In this document: positions 14,184 through 25,994 of the stretch, piece by piece
Layout of the letters: the number at the start of each line of letters is the position of its first letter
Numbering within the stretch: position 1 is the stretch's first letter
Source: Dimorphilus gyrociliatus
Lineage: Eukaryota > Animalia > Annelida
Assembly: GCA_904063045.1 (NCBI GenBank)
Contig: CAJFCJ010000001.1
Span: forward strand, 3,545,320 to 3,609,319
Direction: 5' to 3'
Length of the DNA stretch: 64,000 nt
Position numbers and translations under genes: made by a program
Notes under the pieces: model-generated
The model's database searches: none
Told to the model about the DNA's origin: nothing
What the model saw: the letters and a program-made list of their open reading frames with translations, nothing else

Positions 14184-16035
14184 CTAAACGTAAAAACCTT
14201 TTAAGCCTTGAACTACCTTTTGGCTTGGTTCGTTCAAAAATACCCGTGGAGATAGTTTGTCTGAGCATTTGCTAGAAGTTGCCGAACACGGAGTTAAAGA
14301 TCTGGCGGTAGATGGCGCTCTATTTGGAGAATCTACGCCCGAATCTCCTTCTCTTATCCTCTTCATCTGCTCCCTACTATCTCTTATACTTCTTACCAAA
14401 GTCTTTGTAAGTTTAACGGGACGTTTCGGTTCTATATGATGGCACAGTGTTGAAAGTTCAGATTGAGTTATGGAAATGCTGCTGGGAGTTTTAGAAAGAA
14501 CACTAGCAGTTTCGTAGTCCTTTCTGTCAATGCCTCGACGACCAGGTTCGTTGTCGTTGTCGTCATCGTCGTCGTCGTCGTTGTTTTCTCCCCTACTGAC
14601 GTGGTCGACTGACGCGGAAACGTGCGACAGAGAAATCCTAGAGGACCACGTTGAACCGGCGACTGTTGAAAAAAGAATTTCGTTGTCGTCCAAGTCATTA
14701 CTCAGCCATAAATTCTCGGAAATTTGGTTTGCTGTTTTAGGTAATAGTGGTACTAGATGACCAATTTTGTCAACAGAAAATTGCACAGAGCAGTCATTAA
14801 CCTTTGACACTTTGACTTTGTCAGGAGCCTTTTTTAAGGCGAAATGCAATTGAAATTTCGTATTTTTAGTTGATTTAAGTATAAATAGGCAAAAATCATT
14901 TCTTATAATTGTAGCATTCTGAGCGATAACTAGTGAATAAAAGTTGATTTGATCCTGCCAATTTTTATGCGACACGAATCGAACTATACGAATTATTTCC
15001 TTTCCGTAATGAACCTGCCTAAGGGCCAATAGAGGAAGATTGGATGAACACGAATAATAGTCCAAATTGTTAAATGGATACGGGTGAATAGAGCCCCTCG
15101 TTGTTGAATCTGTATGATGTAATACCCAAGGAGGCTTTTTCAAACATTCCTTTACCATTTTAACAGATTGCTGCTTTTCCGTCACGTAATTCTCCTTATG
15201 GAAGACCATCAGTGCTAGAGAAGATACAGTTACCGAAGGTATTTGGTCCTTGATAGACTTTTCTCCATTATCCGAATCGTCAAAGGTAAATAAATCCGAA
15301 TTTTCATCGATTAAACTAAAAATTGGCTCGTATAACGATTTAACTTTTTCCTTATCACATTTTTCAACTTTAAACCTAACTGATAAGGATAGACAAGTTT
15401 CGTTAAAATTTCCCGTTTCCGAAGGTGCAGTTATCCAAGAACCTGGATGGATAGAGGAGAAGAGAACTATAAATATATATACTGTATATATATACATATA
15501 TAATATTTTATATATTTATATATAGACATTTACATTCTGCTGTAGTATTACTTGTCATCAAATTTCCCTGTACATTCTCCTTTCTTCCCTCTCATCTTTA
15601 ATGTATTAAGAAAAGACAACCTCCCCTCACTCTCCCCCTCTCTCTCTCTCTCTCTCCCGTAAGGTAATACAATCCGCTTTACAACTTTTATAAACTGATA
15701 CTCGTTTAAACAACTTTTGTCTTTCTTTCGAGACAGGAAGGAGAATCATATATAAATAAACAATAACCATGTTTATACGAGGACTAATTAATTAGTATTT
15801 GAGTGAGGGTCAAGGTAAGATTACTTTTACAACTTTGCTTTGAAGCAGAGCTGTATGTAATTTATACAAAATGGTATGAATTGTAAATAGGACATATGGA
15901 TGTATACAGTATGTATACAGTATAAATACAATATATAAGTATATACAACATTTATGCTGTATATGTTGATAAAAGAGGAAATAGTTTACCGTAATCACTG
16001 GAAATTGTCGAACTAGCTGAGCTGAAATCAGTCAT
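14184..16035 (-). CDS. FAM124: FAM124-family protein, two coding exons: complement(join(14184..15442,15990..16035)), 434 aa
   Basis: Family motifs PPWVLHH, LRQVHYGKEIIR, FYSLVI, DFCLF, IGHLVPLLP, W...DLDDNEIL. First coding exon MTDFSSASSTISSDY ends G|gtaaac (phase 1) and joins acceptor ccatccag|GT at 15442 in frame. A further minus-strand donor (cag|gtaaga, exon ending 16492) suggests a 5'UTR exon. Confidence 0.85.
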
Positions 16036-16595
16036 GGCCGGTCTGGAGAGAAAAAAAATATGTAGATCAAGTAGGCGTATAAGAGGAAGTTGAGCATGCA
16101 TTTTTAAAGGTGTCCGATTGAACGATAATAGGCCTACTCTTAAAAAAAAACCCCCCGCCTTTGATCCTGCGAATTTGTAATGCTTTATTTATATCGTATA
16201 GACGCTTCTCATTTTACAAATATTACGAGGAAAGAGTAACATACCACACCCTCTTTTGTTGTCCTTTTATTTTGCCTCTATTCTCTTACTAATAGGATAC
16301 TTGAAAGGCGTTTCGAAATCGTTTCGTAGCTCTTTAATGTATTTATATATTTACATAAATAAACATTCTTGTTATAGATTAATACAATATATACTATTAG
16401 TAATAATATACATATATACATACATATATACACGATACAGTATATGCAACACTTTAGGTGTCCATCTAAACGCTCCGTACAACTATCTTACCTGTGCACC
16501 TGTACAAGATGATATTGCCAACCGTCAATAGCGTATTGACAAACTTGCCTAGACTGAATACGAGAATCTAACTTGCTATATTATATGTAACTTAT

Positions 16596-16705
16596 TGCGC
16601 ATGCGCATATGAGCAAACTACTAGAGAGGAGTTTTGTTTGTAATTTCTTACGTCAATCGATCGATTTTGATAGAGTGACGTTAGACCAGGGTAGCAGTGA
16701 CGTCA
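16596..16705. promoter_or_regulatory. Probable promoter elements upstream of FAM124: NRF1-type palindrome and CRE
   Basis: TGCGCATGCGCA at 16596-16607 and TGACGTCA at 16698-16705 (inside palindrome GTGACGTCAC), about 100-200 nt upstream of the putative 5'UTR exon donor at 16492. Confidence 0.5.
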
Positions 16706-18798
16706 CACTGTTAATCTTCAACAGTATTTAGTTGTAAGTAGATTTAAAAGTGTTTTTTGTTGTATAAAAAAATGTAAAGAGATTGGTTAAAGGAAAAAGT
16801 AAGAAATGAAGAGAAGATACTAAAAGCTAACAAATTTCTTCTTTTTCTTTTTTTTTAAAAAGAAAAATAACGAAAATAATAAAAAAGAGAATCGTCAATA
16901 AAATATCGATTTTCAAAAGAAAAACTAAATAAAAAGTGAACTAGACAAAAATTCAAAACTAAGAGAATTGAACGACGCCGTTTTATTGATATAAAAAAAT
17001 ATCCCTTTTCGCTCTCTTTCTCTCTCTCTCTCACTGTAATCTTTTCCCTTTTGCCCTTTAAATGCTCTTTTAACAGATTAAGAAAAGAGGTTAAATTAGG
17101 CGGGATAGAAGGAATAAAGGGTAGTTCGTTCAATAAGAAGGTAGGATAAGAACATAAGAAAAGGTTTTAAATACTACTACTGAGGTAATAGTACAAACAT
17201 TTATGAGGGGATAGAGAGAGAGAGGGAGAGAGAGCGCACGCACACAAAGACAAAGAAGAATAAATGAAATAGAAGGGAAAATTAACCACAAGAGACTCTA
17301 CAAAATGAAAAAAATAAAACAAACTTACGGCTGAGTATATTTCCAATAAGAAAGATGGTCGCCCGTTGTATAGCAACGATTCCGTTTGTCAAACGTTTCC
17401 ATAACAACAAAAAGGCAAAATGGGAAAGATTGTGTACGTTTTTCTACAGACTATATATATATATATATTTGTGGCCGGATAATTAGCCGTCGGCACTTTG
17501 TCGTTGACGCATTAAGACTAGCGAAACGTTCGAACTAAACAAGTTTTGTGAATAGAAACGTAAAATCGTGTCAATAACGTCGAACAACGAAATATAAATC
17601 CGCAAAAGTGCCCTGAACTATAATGATTATAGGGAGCACTTAAAAAAGAGAGAGAGGAAGATAAGGGTGGTCTCTTTCTATAACTGTGCAACCTGAATAT
17701 TTTTCTTTTCTCTCGTTCTTTTTCTCCCTTTTTTTTTTATTTTTACCTTTGGCGGCAGAGTTCACCTGCCAGATGGGAATCGATGAAAACATGCTGTGCA
17801 GGTAATTTCCTTACGAAAATTGCCTATCCTCTTATGGAAGGCGTTCAAAAAAATTGATCATTTACATGTAACAATTCTATTTGTCTGTGTTTGTATGTTT
17901 TATTACTGAACGCTATCTTTCTCTTTGTCTTTGCTTACAACTTGTATTTATTTTCAAAAATATTGCCGAAAGCGACAGAGAGAGAGAAAGAGAAGGAAGG
18001 GGAAAGAAAGAGTAGAGGATAAAACACTTTAGCTTACCTTGTGGCGTCCTCCTCTCTTTATATTCTGTCTATCAAACACGATTAACAAGTCTATTTATCT
18101 TAATACTGATGTTGAAGGATTTGTCATGTTAACTGGGCCTGCTGATACTACTACTATTACTACTACTATTTCTAAGGGGAAGCGTTTAAAAGTGAATATT
18201 TTCACGAGGCTAGGCAAGCTAGCTCCTGTTTTTGCTGATTTTCGAGATTGTCTGTTAAATATGCCGTGCAAACATTGTTTTTACCGTTAATGTTTGCTAA
18301 AGTTCGATTTATAGTGCGTTCAGGCCTAGAACATGGCCAATGCTATTTATTTAGTTGGAATTAATATTTCCGAAAATTCTGTGAAATTGATTAATATCAT
18401 GTTTAAATTATAAAAGAAAAATGTGTATTCTTATTGACTTTTCTCCCTTTTTCACTCGCTTACTCTCTCTCTCTCTCTCTCTCTCTCCTAATGTTTTATC
18501 AAATTTTTAACCAGTTCCTATCCACACATACCCTTGGCTACTTAACCCTGAACTTGTCCAATCTGTCGGCGGATATGAAAGAAACGCACAGACCTTTAAG
18601 CTTTTGGTTGCTAGATCTTTTGCGTGTTCAATATTTATCTTTTGCTCTTAACTTTTCATTGGCTATGTTAATTTCTTTTAAAATTGACAAAACTACCTTC
18701 GAAATTGGCCGCCATACGATTGTTTGTTTGTAAAATAAACTATAAGTTTATTAATTTTCTATTCAAGGTATCCAAATAAGATTAAAGAGACGAAAGAG

Positions 18799-18835
<37 letters not shown>

Positions 18836-19887
18836 ATCGGCTTTTTATTGAATATTTTCTAGAGAAATCTATTATTCTCACGATTTGTTTATGTTATTCG
18901 TTTCTTTTATTCTAATAGAATAACAACAAACCTTTTATGATTTTCTTTACTTTTATTAAGTAGACAAGTAGAACGAAATACATTTACACCGTTTTTATGA
19001 CACAAACTCTTGTATATTGTATATACAAGTAATAATATAAGTATATACATACAAACAAAACATACATTCTACACTTGTTCATTCATTCATTCATTCATTC
19101 ATTCTAGAACCTCTTGTCTATCCCCACTCTCTTATTTTCTATCTCCTTCCACTCAACCATACTTTACTTTAATCTTTCCTCTTAATTCTTTCACCCAACT
19201 TTTCCCTCACAAATCCAAGTGCATTAATTATCTTCGAGACCTTTTCCCAATTTTTTAGTTTATCCTATTTTTATCTTTTTTCTCTTCGTCATTCATTTCG
19301 TTTACTCAACGATCTACTATGGTATTTACATTTTTAAACCCTATCTTTCACTCATCCGATTACTCACTTAATCTTTTCAGACCAATCCAACCGTTAATTT
19401 GATAATCAAACACTATTCCAGTCTGTTCGACGCCTTTCCCATCGACCCGTCCCGTGCTTTGTCTTTTTAAACGCGCTCGTCTACCTGAAAGAGTTTACAG
19501 CGTCTATCTATCATGCAGCTCCATCTACAGTCTAAATGGTGAACGATTTATCTAGAGAAAAAGGCCACGAGCTAGAGGATAGAGTTATGAGTGAGTGGGA
19601 GGAACACAGAAAGAGAGAGAGAGAGAGAGGGGGGGCTGAGTGGAATAAATAAGAAATTATTAGAAAAGACTTATGAAAAAATCTCTTTTTTAAGAAGAAA
19701 GAAAGAAAGAAAAAGAGGTTTTTGAACGTTTTGAACGTGACTACTTTTGCAGATTGATAAAGAATTCATGTTATCCTCTTAAGCATCTCTCTTTTTGTTT
19801 GCTTTCTTTTTTCTTCGGAAAAATTCTCCTATTAAAGTAGAATTTGGTAAACTTTTATGAAAAAGTTTCATGTCAAAGGAGAATAGA

Positions 19888-19921
<34 letters not shown>

Positions 19922-20039
19922 GAAAGAAAGAAAGAAAGAATGTATTTGCTATTTTTATTGATCGGTAATTGTATGTAAATTAATCAGTGTTCAGTAAATG
20001 TTTAACTATTTCGTAAACAAAACTAATCCTTTATTATAG

Positions 20040-20979
20040 CGATTAAACCGGTTGCCGATTGCTGTTGCATAGCCGAAGGCAGACAATTTAGTAAAGAATA
20101 TTTTGAAAATGCGGTTGAATGCATCTCCTATTTTCGGCCCGTTGTCAATTGCCTGAAGACTCGGAACGACATATGCCAAACTTTTACTCATGAAACGTTA
20201 ATTCTCTCCCTAGGAGCTACCTGCGGTGAGCTTTGATATATACCCAACATACTAACACAGATTCCATTTTTAGACGGCCTTTCGCCGTTTCTTTCAACTG
20301 ATTTTATTGCCATTTCTCCACTCTACACTTGCCTTTACTATGCACATTTTGCTCTTCGTTTTACCTACTTATTACATCCACTCGCTATACCGTATCTTTC
20401 ACCATTGTTCATTCTTCTCTTACAGATACAATGACTAAATATTGCAAGTTGAGCAATGTCGAAGAAAGGCTATGCCTTAATATCTCCAAGTCGTTAAAAA
20501 GAGATGGAACGGGTAAGAGAGTATTAATTTTCATTTTTGTCTTCCATTCTAGAAATGAATTCTTTAACTGTCGTTTACAACTCTTTTCCGTAGATTGCGT
20601 TGACTGGCGAAAAATTTTCGCCCTCTGTTCCAAATGCTCCGCTCATTATGCTTGGTTTCTTTTCGCCAAACAAATTCATAGTTTATCAGTGCAATTTCAG
20701 CCTATTGTACCAGAAACGCTTCGAGTAATTTATCAGCGAATCAAGACTTTTCCCTATAATTGCAGTTTGGAAGAGATGACACAGGCTATGCCTATGCACG
20801 GTAAAGTTTACGAACAGACAAAGTTCCTCGATACCTTTAAGGGGAGGATTAGAAAAACGCCCTCGGTTGGTTTGTCAGGGTCGTCGGAAACGTCCAAAGG
20901 ACGCTTCATTTCCATCTGTACGATAATAACGATGATAAAGCTGTACGAAAAAATTTCTATATATAATTTCTATATTTAG
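20040..20979 (+). CDS. Orphan Cys-rich spliced protein, at least 3 exons (20040..20225, 20426..20512, 20594..20979); first exon not located
   Basis: All junctions are phase 1 with canonical sites (tag|CG..G|gtgag; cag|AT..G|gtaag; tag|AT). The spliced frame is open: IKPVADCCIAEGRQFSKEYFENAVECISYFRPVVNCLKTRNDICQ...CDTMTKYCK...RLC...DCVDWRKIFALCSKCS...YNCSLEE...FYI*. No family recognised. Confidence 0.6.
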
Positions 20980-21544
20980 TAAGGAAAGGAGAGAAATTAA
21001 TATAGTCTAAATATGGAAAGACAAAGAAAGGAAAAGAAGAAGACAAACAAACAAACTTTGAGATCAAATACAAACTTTTGATAAATTATTTTCTCTTTGT
21101 TTTGTGACCAAGTTTTCTTTTCTTTCTTTCCTTCTCTTCTCTCTTCTTATTTAAATAATTCAATTATACTTTAACTCGTCTATTAGCCTATCGATTCTCT
21201 TTGATAATTCAACAAAAACACAACTCGATTATACATTTATAACAAGCGTACTACTAGGCCTGTTAACCTAATTAATTAAATATATAGTATAAACCGTATT
21301 CGAGGTCGTCAATCTTATGAATATTCAAATTTTTTCAATCCAATCGTTAACTTTTTATTACCGCACCTTTTCATTCTACTTTAAATATTTTCTTTCTCAT
21401 TAATTTTCCAGGCGTCTCTTTTAAAATATAGATAAAACAAAAAAGTGACGCCTACAAAATCGATGAGTTTATGTATTGTTATCCTAGTCGCCATGATGAA
21501 CGACGCCATTATTTATTGAACATTTCATAGTGAACAATAAAATT

Positions 21545-23225
21545 ATGGACGCTGGTCCTGATGGATCGTCTTTGGAACGTTCTACCTCTTGGCAAAGTGG
21601 TATTAAACCCTTGGGTTCGTCCCAATCTATAAGATCTTTCTCTAAAGGTGGACGTATTTCCGCCCTGGCAACGCCTCCTCGTTCAAGAAGCGACAATCTT
21701 CAAAAGAACAATGCAAACAACACGGATAAATATCTTATTGGTCGCCCGGAAGCTGACGTCATATTTGTCAACGAGCTTGAAAAACAATATGAATGTGTAG
21801 CGTGTAATAAGGTATTGAGATACGCTGTTCAATTTAAAGCGTGCGAACATCGTTGCTGTTCCGCTTGTTTACCGCAATTGATGAAAGTTGAACCGAGATG
21901 TCCAATTGATCAGATCAAAATTGAAAAGCAGAATATCCGCGTCGATAAAACTTTTCAAAAGGAAGTAGACGCCCTAGAGATATTATGCTCTTTCAAGGAG
22001 AAGGGCTGCGAATGGGCCGGCTATCTGGGAGAATTGAACGTTCATCTCAGCGATTGTCTTTACAGAGTAATCAAATGTCCTATGGGTTGCGAGGTCGACC
22101 TCGAAAAGAGGTTTGTTGACAAACACGTCGAAGAGGATTGCGTAAAAAGATTGGTTCCATGCGAATATTGCCATGAGAATTTCATTTATGAAGAGGAGGA
22201 ATTGCATTTGGAAGATTGCCAGAAATTTCCAATTGAATGTCCAAACAAATGCGGTATATCGAAAATAGCAAAAGATGAAGTGAAGGTACACTTGGAGGAG
22301 GAATGCCCTAGACAGCTAACGGATTGTTTGTTCGTCCGGGCCGGATGCGAATATAAGGTAGGCTAAACGCTTTATTCTCTTTTCCTTTTAAATGTTTTTT
22401 TTAGAAGCCAATCGAAGCTTTGTCTTCTTCAGTAATAAGATAGATAGAGAGAGAGAGAGAAAGATAACCCTCCAAATAAGAATTTGTTTTTTTTCAGTGC
22501 GAAAGAAACGAAATGGATATACACATGAAAGAGAACTTTAAGGATCATCTCAAAATGGCCATTAGGAACATTACGGCGAATGATAAATCTTTGAGAATAT
22601 TCTCCAAATCTCTTCAAGCCCAAAATGAACGTGTTAACGTTGTTGAAGAACAGGTAGTGGGCCTTGAGAAACTATACGGTTCTCAACTCCTATGGAAAAT
22701 TGATAAGCATTCAGAGAAGATGGCCGAAGCTAAAAGTGGAAAGAAGCCTACTATCTATAGTCCAACTTTTCTTACGAACAGACACGGCTATAGACTGGCC
22801 CTGTCGTCTAGCCTTTATGGAGATGGTAAAGGTAATATAAATCAATTAAATATCCCAATAAGCGTTTGTACATGAATGATGTGTCTTTGTCAACAGCTAG
22901 AGGGCAGACGATGTCCTTGTACGTTTCAATTTGTAAGGGGGAATACGACGCTCTACTCAAGTGGCCTTTTACTCATAAGATAACATTTACTCTGATCGAT
23001 CAATGCGAAAACTTGAACGAGAGAAAGAATATAGATTATACGATAAAGCCGAATCTTTGTAAGGAGAACTTGTCGTTCCTATCAAAGCCGATAGGGGATA
23101 GAAACGCTTCGTTCGGAGCTCAGAAATTTATTGAATTGGACGTTTTAAAAACGAGAGATTACACAAAAAACGACTGTTTATACATAAAGGTTGCAGTCGA
23201 CAGCGAAGATATGCCACTCTTGTAA
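21545..23225 (+). CDS. TRAF: TNF receptor-associated factor (RING, TRAF zinc fingers, MATH): join(21545..22357,22498..22831,22897..23225), 491 aa; may extend 5'
   Basis: TRAF-type C3HC3D RING (CVAC...CEHRCCSAC...CPID); repeated zinc fingers (HLSDC...CPMGC...HVEEDC...CEYC...HLEDC...CPNKC...HLEEEC); MATH domain (LLWKID, YSPTF, GYRL, YDALLKWPF, FTLIDQ). Splices keep frame (total 1476 nt). Paralogue number not assigned. Confidence 0.92.
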
Positions 23226-24808
23226 TAATTCAAGTGTTAACGAGAAAGAAGTATACAATAGAATCAAAGCAGAGATTAAACAGCTAATGCTCTGCTCATT
23301 TGGTCGTTAATATTTTATTTTATTTGCAGTGTATACGCTAAATATAGTATATGTATTTATATACATACATATGTATTCTAATATTTTGGTGATGCACTTT
23401 TCTTGTGGTATATAACTGGAGCACTTAAAGGAGAAAGGATAAAAAATTCCCTTCATTTTCACAGAAAAACCCAATATTTAACAACGTAACTTTATCAATC
23501 TATTCTATTTTTATCAAGTATTTGAATAAATAAAATTTCCATTAATGATTAACCGTCTCCAGTCTCGTCAGTAGTCCGACTTGACGAAAGATACTTCTTA
23601 ATAGTCCTCTTTTTTCTTCTCCGTCCTTCTGCATACTTTTCACCTCTTCCTTTATTTTTCTTTACCAAGAATTAAAGCTATTTTTGTACCATTTATTATA
23701 AATTATTCTTCTCTTTGCTATTAAATTTAGTTGTGTTTTTTTTTTCTTTTTCTTCTTCTTCTTCTTCTTCTTATGTTAATATATTTTTGCTCTAGTCGTC
23801 TTTTGTTCTTACTAGACTGTCAGTAACGTTCTAATTGGTCAAATACCTCCAACAGCGACATGTTTTTATAAGCGGCTGCAAGGTCAAAATGCAGCTTAAT
23901 AAAGCTTTTGTAGTATATATATAAAGTATACTACATATGAAACTAATTGAATTATTTAGATATACATAGAGACAAGTACATAGATGGATAGATAGCTGGC
24001 TAGCTGGCTAGATAGATAGATAGATAGAGCGTTTGCCAGAGAGGGGGGGGGAGGGGAGTTGGCACGCGGCGGTAAGGAGGCGGATGGAGAGGAGGAGAAT
24101 ATAAAAGACCAATCCAAAACGAATAGGACAGTATAGCAGGATTCGTTTTAAAACTATTAGCATTTTGAGGGGCGAAAAAGTTGTCATGACTCGCTTGCAG
24201 AGTAGTTGAATTAGATAGATTTAGAGGGGTGTGGGCGCCAGAGAGCTAGAGTAGGAGGAGGAGAAGGAGGAGGAGGAAAGAAGAGATTATATATAAATGT
24301 GTCTATGACCAATTAATCATTTGTGTTAAGCGAAAAGGTTGAATGACGTATGAAACAAGTACAATAGGTATTTAGTTGGGCGAATTGAGGCAATTGTGTG
24401 ACATTTGGACAACGAGAAGAGAAAAAGTATGAAATGTCATAAAAATTCCTCTCTCAATTTCCACTTATTTCGAAGGCGTAAACAATAAAGAAAAAGGCAA
24501 ATAGAACATTTGAAAAAGAAAGAATGAAACTACTAAAATTGACATCCGAAATCACGAAAAAGTGTGATAAAAATTCATGTTAACAAGCTAAAAATAAATT
24601 AATAACTAATAAGAAAAAACATGCTTGAATAAATAAATTTTCTGTTATTTTACTCCTTTTCTTTCTTTCTTTCTTTCTTCCTTCCTTTCTTCCTTCGTTC
24701 CTTTCATTCAAATAGAAGATAATTATTTTTTCAACTTTTCTCTTGAATCTTTTGAAAAACGAGACGACCAACTAACGCACGTTATACAATCACAAGTCGC
24801 CCGCTCTC

Positions 24809-24839
<31 letters not shown>

Positions 24840-25271
24840 CACTCATGATTTCTTTCTCCTATACTCACTCGCTCATTCGCCTCCTAACTTCTCGGATAAG
24901 ATACTCAAAATTACTTACTTCAGGTATCATTTTAAACAAAAAATAAGGCGAAAAAAGAGAGGAAGATAAACGAGAAGGATATTATAAAGAATAGCGCTGT
25001 AAAAGGAGAGAAGAAAATAATTAGCCCAAATAAGAAAAGGATTATATAAAAATAGAAGAAGAAGAAGAAGGAAAGGAGAATAAGAGAGAGACAGAGAGAC
25101 AGAGAGAAAGAGAGAAAGAGTGAACGAGAGAGCGACCGAAAAAGAGAAAAAGAGAAAGAAAAATAAAGACAGAGAAAAAGATTTTCTTCCCACTCAACCT
25201 ACGTACGAATCCGGCGAGCCTATATCCGCCCTCTACAGTCTTATCTCTCCCATTTTCCCCAACTTTTTCCA

Positions 25272-25994
25272 ATGCTCCTCTCGCAAATAACTTTCTTAGT
25301 GTCTTTTACGGTTCTTTTTCATGCCTCCGAAAGTTCTGGTCTAAAAGTGAAAAAGAGAAAGCATTTTCTCTTTGATTGGTTTACCATTCCAATTGAAAAG
25401 AAGAGGAGTTTTGGTTTTGGTCACACGGATCTAAACGAAATTGCCGCTAAAAGAGCCGATATACTTTTTGATTCCTTCGATTTTAATCGTAAGTACAAGA
25501 ATAAGGCCTATTATTTCTTTTGTTTCTTTTCTTATATGTCATTTTTTTTCTATAATTCTCTCTCTCTCTCTCTCTCTCTCCTTTTCTCCTCTCTTACTTT
25601 CTTTTTACAACATTTCTGTCGCTACAGAAGACAGAAACACTTGTTTGTTTGTTTGTTTTGTTGATTGTTTGCTATGTTTTGTTTTGTTTATTTTCTTTTG
25701 CTGCATTCTTATCTAAATCTCTTCCAATTTTTCTATATGTTTTTTTCTTTCTCTTTCTCTCTCTCTGCACAATTTTTCCTTTTACTTCAATATAAATACG
25801 ATATACTGTATACATACATACATACACGTATATATGAAATAGATGATGAAAAGATTGATAGAAGCGAGATGAAGCAAATGATGTACTTGCTCGCTCTAGA
25901 AGAATCTTTATGGCCAAACGGCTTTGGACAGAGCCATCGTAACGGCATATTTAGGAAGAAAAAATCTGAAAGTATTGAACAAATTTTATTTTAA
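25272..25994 (+). CDS. Small secreted prohormone-like protein with one EF-hand: join(25272..25488,25843..25994), 122 aa
   Basis: Signal-peptide-like N-terminus MLLSQITFLVSFTVLFHASESSG; basic sites KKRK, KKR, KR, RKKK. Donor AAT C|gtaagt and acceptor tag|AT (phase 1) give the 12-residue loop DFNHDEKIDRSE flanked by helical segments. The acceptor has a weak pyrimidine tract. Confidence 0.65.

Noticed and set aside
17606-17641. Imperfect hairpin aagtgccct...ctataatgattatag...gcactt
   Set aside because: Too short and bulged for a pre-miRNA, and no known mature miRNA sequence recognised.
20006-20191. 61-aa minus-strand ORF MSKSLAYVVP...
   Set aside because: It lies antisense to the better-supported phase-consistent plus-strand exon 20040-20225.
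25400-25870. Resemblance of SFGFG and DEKIDRS to orcokinin (NFDEIDRSGFGF)
   Set aside because: The motifs lie in different predicted peptides and in the wrong order, and there are no repeated paracopies. The EF-hand reading explains DEKIDRSE better.
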